Of a stretch of DNA of 64,000 nucleotides, positions 52,419 through 63,224 are shown in pieces (within the stretch, counting starts at the first letter, position 1; each line of letters opens with the position of its first letter). The DNA comes from Octopus sinensis (Eukaryota): the NCBI RefSeq assembly GCF_006345805.1, contig NC_043005.1:87172001-87236000 (forward strand). Direction: 5' to 3'. The notes beneath the pieces were generated by a model, which was not told where the DNA came from, did no database searches, and saw only the letters and a list, made by a program, of their open reading frames with translations. A program made the translations under genes and the position numbers.

Positions 52419-52757
52419 GTAGAATATTTGATGTTGTTATATATTGTATTTATTGTGAAATCAGAGTTATTTCATTTTACTCTCTCTCTCTTCTGTTGTG
52501 CGGGTTACTGACGGTGATAATACTACAGTCATATTGTTCACTGAATAAAAACCTACAGAAACGGTTATTGTTGCAGTTACCAGCATCCTAGTCTGCTCGA
52601 GATGCGTGCAAGGTAACTAAACTTTGCGTAACGCATTCATTCAACGTATCTGCAGTGGTGATTTGTGACATGGACTGTCGTGAGCAACACAGAGACGGTT
52701 GTTAGCTAAATTCATCATGAACATCGTAGCTTACTTTCTGGTGAACAAAAATTAGGT

Positions 52758-52925
52758 TTACGTTCGGATTTCAAATTCCGCCGATGTCGACTTTGCTTTT
52801 CATCCTTTCGAGGTCGATAAATTAAATACCAGTTACGCACTGGGGTTGATGTAATCGACTTAATCCGTTTGTCTGTCCTTGTTTGTCCCCTCTGTGTTTA
52901 GCCCCCTGTGTGTAGTAAAGAGATA
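52758..52925 (+). mobile_element. SINE family A, 5'-truncated
   Basis: ttcaaattccgccgatgtcgactttgc..accagttacgcactgggg..gtagtaaagagata. Confidence 0.9.
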
Positions 52926-53056
52926 TATATAAAGCACTCTTACTAGTTTCTACAGTCCGGATATTTTTCCCTACATTTTATATATTTTATATATTTTATA
53001 TATTTTTGGAGTAAAGATTATTTGCCAACATAACATGGCAGTCCTGGTTTAGGACA

Positions 53057-53325
53057 AATGTTGCTGTAATTTAGCCCCAGGAGACATCGTCTCCATTTGG
53101 CTATACCACACGATCTGTGTCCTTATATTTTCGAACAAGAGAATCTAGCATCCCCACTCAACTCAGTGCTGATGAAGGGAAACCACCCGGAAATCTTGAT
53201 ACACAGATATTGCTTTGAGCTGAGTGGAGGGTGCTAGATTCCCTTGTTCGAAAATATAAGGACAGAGATCGTGTCATATAGCCAGCTGGAGACGATGTCT
53301 CCCGGGGCTAAATTACTGCAACATT
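53057..53325. mobile_element. ~270 bp fold-back (MITE-like) element with ~113 bp inverted arms
   Basis: aatgttgctgtaatttagcccc.ggagacatcgtctcca..gtccttatattttcgaacaag.gaatctagca..cactca.ctca (53057-53169) is the reverse complement of 53212-53325 with few mismatches. Confidence 0.93.
53163..53207 (+). ncRNA. Type I hammerhead ribozyme motif (C3-G8) in the loop of the fold-back
   Basis: TC A GTG-CTGATGA-A GGG AAACCA CCC G-GAAA TC TT GA T A-CAC A GA. Predicted cleavage after AUA at 53201. Confidence 0.68.
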
Positions 53326-53939
53326 AGTCTATTTATCGGCATCGCATTACATATTTTGCCCAAACTCTCACCTATATGGCTTAATGTTAGCTTTCAAAAT
53401 ATTTGTAATACAGACTGCACCACTTTAAGCAAATGCAATGCATTTTTATACCAATGTTGTTATTGTTGCTGCTTTGCTACTACTACTACTACTGCTGATG
53501 CTGCTGTTTTTGTTAACGTTGGTGTCGCTTTTGATGTACACGTTGATCATTATTTTTGCCGCTTTCGTTATTGCTTTTGTTGTTGCTTATGTAGTTGTTC
53601 TGTACACGAGAGCCACGCATCTCTGACCTATGCTAGGTTTTCTGCTTCAAACGACGGTTCTGCTGGCATTAGTATTTTCGGTGATGTTGATGTTTATTTG
53701 TGAAACTTTCCAATTTGGTAGCAAGTTCTGAGAAAGGCAGAGTGTATCTTAGGAATCTTGGAATCAATTATCCTCTTCGTATTACCATTTTCTTTCTTCA
53801 TGTCTGCTTGGATTCTTTTTTCGGTAAGTTTTGATAAACTTTTGTCATTCTTCGGCGAAGAATAAATAACAACAGATAAAACAAACAGATATACGATTAA
53901 ACAACAAAAGAATTATATGTAGACTTGCAGCGATTTATA

Positions 53940-53983
53940 CATACACACACACACATATATATATGTATATATGTATGTATATA

Positions 53984-54023
<40 letters not shown>

Positions 54024-54228
54024 TATATATATAATATAAATATAAATATACATATATATGAATATGTATATATACATAAATATAGATATAGAGAGAGGGG
54101 GGTAGAATTACAGATATTCATATATATATATATATATATGGGGGGTGTATGCATGTATGTATCTAATAATCTATATATGCGTATATAGTGTGTGTGGCCG
54201 TGTTTACATATATATAACTATCTATCTA

Positions 54229-54275
<47 letters not shown>
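53940..54275. repeat. (TA)n microsatellite region
   Basis: Direct inspection. Confidence 0.95.
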
Positions 54276-54709
54276 CCTCTAAAAATGCATCTTAAGCAGA
54301 TCCAATGCAAAAATATCTCAACCACATAGAAGAGCTCTCAGATATTTTTTCTTTCCTTTTCACTTAAAAAACAACATACATAAGACAAAACTAGTTTCGC
54401 TGAGTAGAAATGGAATATAATATAGCATTACTAAATCATACAAAGGAAGTATATTATTTGAACTACAGAAATATCTTTGTTTGCAGTGTCATATCTGTGT
54501 GTGTGTACATATGCGTCTCTGAATTTATATAACATAATTGTCTCTCGGTTCTGCATGTCTATATATAACTGTACAAATGTGTATTCTTGTGTTTTGAGTC
54601 GCTGTGTGAATACTGCTATCGTTGTGTATAAAGTTTAGTATCTTTCAGGTATAGAGGCATATGTATTAGTTTATGGTGGCAATGTATTATCAGCGTATTA
54701 CGGCTAATG

Positions 54710-54964
54710 TGCATATATATATATATATTATATATTAATATATATATATGTATTTATATATATATATATATAAAAAATATACATATATATATATACATAT
54801 ATACATGTATATACATACATATATATATATATATTATATATATATACAACATATATGATTAGGTAGATAGATAGATAGATAGATAGATATAGATAGATAG
54901 ATAGATAGATAGATAAGAGATAGATGGTGAGGATGGATGGATAAATAGATAGATTTATAGATAG

Positions 54965-54995
<31 letters not shown>

Positions 54996-55040
54996 ACCTA
55001 TATAAATTATATCTGTGTGTATATGTGTGTGTGCACATAT
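54710..55040. repeat. (TA)n/(AGAT)n microsatellites
   Basis: Direct inspection. Confidence 0.95.
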
Positions 55041-55065
55041 ATGCGCATCTGTGCGTCCGCGCACG

Positions 55066-55177
55066 AGCTTAGCTGTCAGGCTTGAAAATAAGTACTGGGG
55101 TTGATTTCTTCGACGGAATCCCCCATGGCGTGCCCCAAGCGTGTCTTGCGATCAAAGAGTGAAACTAGTAAAACATA
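55066..55177 (+). mobile_element. SINE family B 3' tail, diverged
   Basis: aggcttgaaaataagtactggggttgatttcttcgac..tgaaactagtaaaa. Confidence 0.65.
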
Positions 55178-55242
55178 ATATGCAACATGAAACGTTTGTT
55201 TACTGAATAAGAGAGAACACAGAATTTATTATAAGGTAGAAT

Positions 55243-55460
55243 GCGGCGAGCTGGTAGAATCGTTAGTACCCCGGACAAAATGCTTTGTGGCATTTCGTCC
55301 GTCTGTAGGTTTTGAGTTCAAATTGCCCTGAAGTCCAATTTACCTTTCATTCATTTGGGAGTTGATGAAATATGTATGAGTTCAACAAGGCAATGGATTT
55401 ATCCCTACCCCCCACCCAAAATAAATTGCTGGCCTTGTGCTAAAATTTGAAATCAATATG
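55243..55460 (+). mobile_element. SINE family A, diverged
   Basis: gcggcgagctggtagaatcgttag..tgagttcaaattg..aattgctggccttgtgc. Confidence 0.82.
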
Positions 55461-55750
55461 TAATGTAGGATATATACATATATGATATATACATATATAC
55501 ATATATATATATATATATGTATGCATGCATACATATATATACATATATTCATATATACATATATAAATATGATAATAAAAGTAAACAATTTCTTTAATGA
55601 TTTTTAAAAAAGCCAACAATTATTTACTGGTAGATTTCGGCATGTAAATATAACCATTAACGGTAGGAACTTCTGTAAAGTTCAGTATATATATTATATA
55701 TAATATATATATATATGTATAAGGGGGAAAAGGAACACACGAGTTGGTAT

Positions 55751-56210
55751 ATATGAAAAAATAAGACAAAATAGAAAATGCTAAAATAATTTTATAGTGA
55801 ACATTTCAGTACGGTTCGGTCATTTGAGACCTTTTCAACTGTAACGATTAAATAATTAAATTTAGAAAAATTAGAAGAAAACTTTTTTAAAGGAATATTT
55901 CTATAGTAATGTTCAGATATAAGTGGCATTCTGCCTTTCTCTGACTCCCTTGTCAAGTGCAACAAGGGAGTCAGAGAAGCAGAATGCCACTTCTATGTGA
56001 AGTGAACAAGGGAGTCAGAGAAAGGCAGAATGCCACTTATATCTGAACATTACTATAGAAATATTCCTTTAAAAAAAGTTTTCTTCTAATTTTTCTAAAT
56101 TTAATTATTTAATCGTTACAGTTGAAAAGGTCTCAAAATGACCGAAACCGGTACTGAAATGTTCACTATAAAATTACTTTAGCATTTTCTATTTGTCTTA
56201 TTTTTCATAT
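55751..56210. mobile_element. ~200 bp near-perfect inverted repeat (fold-back) between TA tracts, probable inverted Penelope-like termini
   Basis: 55751-55952 is the reverse complement of 56007-56210, differing mainly in homopolymer lengths. The spacer holds an extra partial copy caagggagtcagagaagcagaatgccactt. Confidence 0.93.
56115..56160 (+). ncRNA. Minimal type I hammerhead motif with U3-A8 core pair
   Basis: GTT A CAG-TTGAAAA-GGTC TCAAAAT GACC-GAAA CCGG T A-CTG A AAT. Palindromic helix III ACCGGT, GUA site. Mirror copy on the minus strand at 55807-55841 has small deletions. Confidence 0.7.
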
Positions 56211-56264
<54 letters not shown>

Positions 56265-56699
56265 GTATATAAATAAAAGGGGCAGGCAACAGGTTGCTTG
56301 GCCGATACCGAAAAAATTAAAAATAGCATATATATACACACACACGTACATATACATGTACATAAATGGTGGTTGTCTACTCCTTGTGCAGAGTGTGACC
56401 ACCTCCTATACATACACCTTAGAACAATCATGCCAACTGATGTGGCTTTTAAACCAATATTTTGAAAAGACACCCTCATCTGATTGCGTATCCGATTTGG
56501 ACCACCAAGAACTGCCATTAAGTTCTGATATATGTGGATCTTAAAATGTACACACACACACACAATATATATTTCCTGAGGAGTGAAGAAGAGTATGTGA
56601 TGTTTTTAGTGCCTACACAATTTCCTGATCTATCTACGATTGCTATGATACGAAGATTTTGTTTCTTGCGGAAATACCCAGAAAAGAAACACCATATAT

Positions 56700-56920
56700 A
56701 TATTTTTTTTTTTTCAGTTCAAAATTTAAGTTTAAGTTGTCAAAATATTTTCGTCGCTTTAAGACCGCGACCTGTTCACTGACAAAAATCCGTGCAGTGA
56801 ATGGAACGGCTTTAGTGTGTTTCTTAAATGACTTACAAAAACCTTCCACGCTGCAATTGTTTTCGTTTCAGCTCACGATCTCAGATCAAATCACTTGCTA
56901 TGCAAGTACATCTCCGTAAT
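56700..56920 (-). mobile_element. Short interspersed element ending in (TA)n, carrying a G3-C8 hammerhead motif
   Basis: Related copy at 50865-50975 and possibly a distant one near 52640-52710. Confidence 0.6.
56737..56785 (-). ncRNA. Minimal type I hammerhead motif with G3-C8 core pair
   Basis: rc TTGTCA-GTGAACA-G-GTCGC GGTCTTAAA GCGAC-GAAA ATAT T T-TGACAA. 6 bp helix I, 5 bp helix II, palindromic helix III AATATT, UUU site. Confidence 0.7.
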
Positions 56921-56943
56921 ATATATATATATATATTATTTCA

Positions 56944-57289
56944 TTCTTTTACTTGTTTTAGTTATTTGACTGCGGCCATAGTGGAGTACCGCTTTAGTCG
57001 AACAAATGAATCACGGGACTTAATCTATGTAAGCCTAGTATTTATTCTATCGGTCTCTTTTGCTGCAACACTGGACTAAGGAGATCGGCTGTCAAGCGAT
57101 TGTGGGTGCAACAAACACAAACACACAAACCTATACATATACCTATATATATATACGACGGGCTTCTTTCAGTTTCCGTCTCCCATATCCACTCACACGT
57201 CTTTGGGGGAAGACAATTGTCCAAGTTGTCACGCAGTGGAACTGAACCCGGAACCATGTGGTTGGACAGCAAACTTCTTACCACACAGT
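56944..57289 (-). mobile_element. SINE family B, near full length
   Basis: cttttacttgttttagttatttgactgcggccat...gtggaactgaacccggaaccatgtgg..ttaccacacag. Confidence 0.92.
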
Positions 57290-57369
57290 GTTAGTTTGTC
57301 TGTATGTGAATGTGCGCGCGCGTAAGTACATTTTTAAATGCTTATGCACAAGTTCAGTTGCACACACAC

Positions 57370-57414
<45 letters not shown>

Positions 57415-57559
57415 TACACACGTAGAAACACACGCAGAAATATATAAACGTGATATAACTGAAGTATTGTCCACATCTTGGTCGCCATTTTCACAGGTAT
57501 TTGTTTTTGGAGTACCCTAGGTCCTATCCAGTTGTTTGTTGTTCACAGTAATACACCAA

Positions 57560-57658
57560 TATGTACAACACATACACACACATATATATATAACACACAC
57601 ACTTCATATATATATATATACACACACACAATATATATATATATATATATATATGTAT

Positions 57659-57694
<36 letters not shown>

Positions 57695-58148
57695 ATAGTG
57701 TTTGTGACGGTGCACATGTCAGTACACATATCCATGTGTATTTAGGCATATTGGGTTTTGCCAGCTGCAGGCTGCTCGACGAAATTTGAAGTTCTCTCTC
57801 TTTCTCTCCAGAAAATTGCCAAGCATAAGACTCCAAACTTTACTCATCCGTTGCTGGAATTGGTCGTTCAATCCTCTTTTTTTTCTCCATACAAAAGCGT
57901 GTGCGCGTGTATTTCTGTATGAATAATCTCTGATCATATATATTTTTTTTGTGTGCACAGCGTATATATGTGTGTGCGGTGTGTGTACGGGTTGGGGTTT
58001 GTATGTACACAATCGTATTTTGGTGAAGATTATTAACTCTTTCTTCTAGTGGATAAAAATAATGCATACATATATACAGAGAAAGATAGAAAGATAGATA
58101 GATAAATAGACGATAGGGGGGAGATTGATAGGACGGATAGGTATATTA

Positions 58149-58197
<49 letters not shown>

Positions 58198-58218
58198 CAG
58201 AGGTGGGAGGATAGATAC

Positions 58219-58255
<37 letters not shown>

Positions 58256-58500
58256 AAGATAGATAGATAGACAGATAGATAGACAGACAAACAGATAGAT
58301 AAAAGATAGATAGATAGATAGATAGATGGATAGATAGATACTACATACATACATACCTCCATTCTCACAAGCACACACACACACATATATAGATATATAT
58401 ATATATATATATATATTATAGATATATATAATAGATGTATGTATGTATATAATATATAAGTATATATATACATACATACATAAATGTGTACATATAGGGT
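57560..58500. repeat. (TA)n, (AGAT)n and (CA)n microsatellite region with short unique spacers
   Basis: Direct inspection. Confidence 0.88.
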
Positions 58501-58569
58501 ATAGTAGCATTTGTAAATGCATACTCTTCTTGATTGTATATCACTCCTCTAAGTTCTGCATTCTTATCT

Positions 58570-58960
58570 TCTCTTCCTCCTCCTTCTTTTTTTTCACCTT
58601 CTTATACTTCTTCTTTTCTTATTCTTCTTCTTCTTTCTTTCTTATTCTTCTCCTTCTTCTTCTTCTGCTTCTCTTCTTCTTCTTCTTCTGCTTCTTCTTC
58701 TTCTTCTTCTTCTTCTTCTTCTGCTTCTTCTTCTCTTCTTCTTCTTCTTTTCTTCTTTTCTTCGTCTTCTTCTTCTTCTTCTTCTTCTTCTCCTTCTTCT
58801 TCTTCTGCTTCTTCTTCTTCTTCTCCTATACTTCCTCTCCTCTCTTTCACTACCTCTCTCTCTTCTTTTTTCTCCACATATTTCATATTTCTTCTCCATT
58901 TTCCTTTTGTCTCCTTCTGCTTTCTCTTCCCTCTCTCTTCTCTCTCCCTCTCTCCATCTC
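58570..58960. repeat. Polypyrimidine (CTT)n tract
   Basis: Direct inspection. Source of the E/K/R/S/F-rich ORFs. Confidence 0.95.
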
Positions 58961-59149
58961 TGTCGCTACCAAATGCACTGACCCATGACCTAAAAGAGGA
59001 ATCCCTGGCAAAGAACATTATGTTGCCTCAGGAATCTGGGATTATCCTTGTTTTCTCTCCGGTGTATTATCGTTCTTGACTATTGAGCTGAATAATGAGA
59101 AACTGCAACGCACCAGCTCTCTCACTCACACTAAATTCCCTCGTCATCG

Positions 59150-60240
59150 CAGTTACCGTCATCGTTAAAGTTGTCCTCGTTCACACTCGTCATCATCACC
59201 ATCATCGTCACCATTATCATCGTCACCATTATCATCGTCGTCGTCATCATCTTCATCATCTGTATTATCATCATCCTCGCCATCATCTATATTATCATCT
59301 TGATCGCCCCTTTTTTTCCGATCCCTATTGACCGGAATTTTACATTTGTTTCCTCTTTTGTTTCCTTTTCCTTTTTCCATCTTCGACAAGAAAAGCTCTA
59401 CATTTGTATTTGTCCCCTCTGTATGTCAGCCCTGTGTGGCCAATAAAGAAAGTTATCATCATTATCATCATAATCTTTATCCTCCTCCCTCCTCCCCCAA
59501 CTCCTCCTCATCACCATCATTATCTATATTATCATCATTATCAACATCATCATCTTTATCATTATCATCAAGATCATCATCATCATACTTATCATCATTA
59601 TCGTCATCTATATTATCATCAGCAACAGCATTCTCATCAAACTCATCAACACCATAAATATCATCATTATCATCGTCATCACGATCAACATAATCAATAT
59701 CATCATCATCACATCATCATCATCATCATTATCATCATCGTCACCATCAGCATCATCATCATCATCGTCATCACCATCATTATCATCATCGTCATCACCA
59801 TCATCATCATCCTCATCATCATTATCATCATCATCGTCATCACCATCATCATCATCAACATCATCATTATCATCGGTGTCATCATCATCAGTACGATTAC
59901 TTCAACTTCAATGCAACCATCGTCACCATTGTCTTAGTTTTCGTCGCCGCTGTCAGCGTTGTTGCCCCCACCTCTTCCTCTTTGTCATCGTCATCGTCGT
60001 TGTCTTCAGCGTCGTTCTCACCCTCGTTCTCGAGTGTGTGCTCGTCACCATCATTACCATTATCAACATCATAATCATCGTCGTCTTCGTTATCCTCATC
60101 TGATCTCAGTCTTCTCTTTCCTCGTCTCCTCCTCATCCTCCTCCTTCTCATCCTCATGCTCCCCTTCTTCTTCTTCTTCTTCTTCTTCTTCTTCTTCTTC
60201 TTCTTCTTCTTCTTCTTCTTCTCTTTCTTGGTCTCCTCCT
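59150..60240. repeat. Cryptic (CAT)n/(CGT)n/(CTT)n low-complexity region
   Basis: Direct inspection. Confidence 0.92.
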
Positions 60241-60389
60241 CCAACCGAAACCTCGCTCTATCGTCATCACTTATTGTCGGCTTCATTGATGTAATAATTT
60301 GAAGTCAACCTGTCATTTTAAACATTATCACATGGACATGTAGTGTCTTCTGCTCGTTCATGCGCAACCACACACACAAACAGGCCCAT

Positions 60390-60425
<36 letters not shown>

Positions 60426-60483
60426 TCACATATACACACACATGGCTATTCTAACAATCAAAAAAATCTCGCACTGACTCACT

Positions 60484-60770
60484 GTCAATTACGACGACGG
60501 GGGTTGGGTTAATCCGATCAACGGAAAAAGCCTGCCCGTGTGCAAGTGGCTGAGCACTTCACAGAGACGTGTACCCTTAACGAATTACTCTGGTAGGATT
60601 CAGCATAACATACGGGCTGGCCCCTTTGTAATTACATGTATGACTCCTTTTTGCCAGCAGAACAGAGTAGAACAACTTGAAATAAAGTGTCTTGCTCAAG
60701 GACACAGGACGATAACGAGTATCGAAATTAGAACCCTATGATTGTGAACGGATTATCCCAATCACTAACT
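60484..60770 (-). mobile_element. SINE family C, diverged
   Basis: ttacgacgacggg..ccgatcaacgga..caagtggctgagcacttcacagagacgtgtaccctta..gaaataaagtgtcttgctcaaggacac. Confidence 0.85.
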
Positions 60771-60965
60771 CTGTCTTATATATGGCTAATTCTCTCTTAA
60801 CAGCAAAGATTCCATATTAATAAACGAAATCGTATTAATATATGCAAAGATCCGTATTGACTTTTGCTGTAAGTGCTTAGCATGCAGCAATATGCAATTA
60901 ATTAACAAAGAAAATATAAGATGAATATAGAAAACGAATTATGTACTTAATGTTATATAAGAAAT

Positions 60966-61192
60966 TACAGAAATTCCTAGATATCGCGGGTATTATGTTC
61001 CAAAATATCCCGCGATAGGTGAAAATCCGCGAAGAAGAAACAGTACTGCATTGTATATGTTTTTGAAATTATTTTTATAATTTGTATATATTTATTTTAT
61101 TATAAATGTAAAACAACACCACAGAGGAATCAACGTAAGCTTTCATGATAAACCGCAGTAGGTGAACCGCGATAAGGCGAGTGAATGCTGTG
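60966..61192. mobile_element. pogo/Tigger-like MITE
   Basis: Termini tacagaaattcctagatatcgcgg and ccgcgataaggcgagtgaatgctgtg, internal ccgcgataggtgaa repeats. Confidence 0.72.
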
Positions 61193-61321
61193 CTGTCACT
61201 ATTTTGAGCGGTGACTATCACCAGTGCATTGATTTTTGTGATTTTCAGTCAATTAAAAGTATTGGAAATGTTTGGGACAACGTATAAATATAGGTGTTCA
61301 TATATATCTTTTACCTTTTAT

Positions 61322-61686
61322 ATTTTACCTGTTTCTGTCATTAGACTGCGGCCATGCTGGGGCACCGACTTCAATTTTGTAGTGGAAAGAAACGACTCCA
61401 AAACTTACTTTCAAAGCCTGGTACTTATGCTATCGATCCGCTCTGCAGACCCGCTAAGTTACGGGGATGTATACACACCCACGATGATTGTCAGCTAGTG
61501 ATAGTGGGGACAATCACAGACACACATACATAGATAATCGATGGGTTTCTTTATGTTTCCGTCTAACGAATCCACTCACAAGGCTTTGGTTGGCCCTAGA
61601 CTACCGTAGAAACACTTGCGCAAAGTGCCATGTAGTGCCACTGAACCCAGAGCCATGTGGGTGGGAAGCCAGCTTCTTACCACACA
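61322..61686 (-). mobile_element. SINE family B, diverged
   Basis: gtttctgtcattagactgcggccatgctggggcaccg..aagcctggtactta..atccactcacaaggctttgg..cttaccacaca. Confidence 0.88.
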
Positions 61687-61698
61687 CACATACATATG

Positions 61699-62013
<315 letters not shown>

Positions 62014-62604
62014 CACACAAAAACATATCATAATTAATTGGTGTACTTAGTAATAAGTCTTATTTTGATATTAAATGGGCGTGAAGACAGACACTTTTTC
62101 AAAAAGTTTGGCAGTATTTATCCGCAAAATAGTTCTCTTTAGAAACTGATTTTCTTGATACGATAAAAAAAAAAAAATCTCAAATAATTTGTTGGGTAAA
62201 TGACATTCTGACATTCGGAAAATATACAGTGCCACAAATTCTCGGCTGTTCTTATAATGCGGCGTAAACAACGCGACTAGCATTTCCTGTTATCCATGTA
62301 CTTGAAGTGGTTTCGAAATGGTTAATGGCGTTTACATGGATTCTGTTCTTTTACAAAATGATAAGAAAAATATGAGAAATGAGAAGGAATCTTAAATCCA
62401 AAAAAATGAAAGAATGAAAGAAAAGAGCATGCTTCAAAACGTGATGTTGATATGAAGACAAAGCAATACAGAATAGCGTGGATGAATATGAAAATGCCAA
62501 CGATGAGAAAATAATTTATACCCAGAAGAAATTCATTTTATCTTCATTCGTACGGTTAGATTCTCTCAGAAATATTTCAGGTAACAGGTTTCAGTGTTGA
62601 GATG

Positions 62605-62649
<45 letters not shown>

Positions 62650-62675
62650 ACACACACACACACACGTATATATAT

Positions 62676-62754
62676 ACAACTTATAAACAAGGGCAAAAGA
62701 AGATTATTTCTATGTCATAGAAATAATTTTCTTTTGCCCTTGTTTATAAGTTGT
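62676..62754. repeat. 39 bp arm near-perfect palindrome with 1 nt spacer
   Basis: acaacttataaacaagggcaaaagaagattatttctatg-t-catagaaataattttcttttgcccttgtttataagttgt, one G/T mismatch. Confidence 0.95.
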
Positions 62755-63002
62755 TTATAATTTTAACCTTTAAAGGTATTTTAATATGCTGCCACTTTTT
62801 GATGGAATTTTTTCTGTAAAAAAACTTCATCCTATATTAGTAGTATATATATATATATATGGGAGGTATTGGTATCCAGAGGACACAAATTGACATGTAA
62901 CGCTATGCAAGTGCTATGGAAGGACCGTAGTTAAAAATCACGGATCGATACTGGTACGAGCGTGGAGTCTAATGCGGGTCTTGTATGAGCATGTAAATGT
63001 AA

Positions 63003-63222
63003 AATAAAATGAGACAATAAAGCCAAGGCTGTGTGGCATTTTCAGGACATTTTAAAGCGGCAGTTAGTCTTACAGCTGTTTCTGGGATATTAACTATAAC
63101 CATCTCACATCGTCTCTCATGATGGGATATCCCTAATATCCCATAACGAGAAAGACTAACTTTCTCGTTATAAATGTCCTGAAAATTCCACAGAGTCTTG
63201 CCTATGTTGTCTCATTTTATGT
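63003..63222. mobile_element. Fold-back element (~90 bp imperfect arms) with split hammerhead remnants
   Basis: ataaaatgagacaa..ggcattttcaggacattt..agttagtctt..tgggatatta versus the reverse complement of taatatccca..aagactaact..aaatgtcctgaaaattcc..ttgtctcattttat. Confidence 0.8.
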
Positions 63223-63224
63223 TA

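Noticed and set aside
56434-56464. caactgatgtggcttttaaaccaatattttg as a possible decayed hammerhead
   Set aside because: It needs at least four corrections, including loss of G12.
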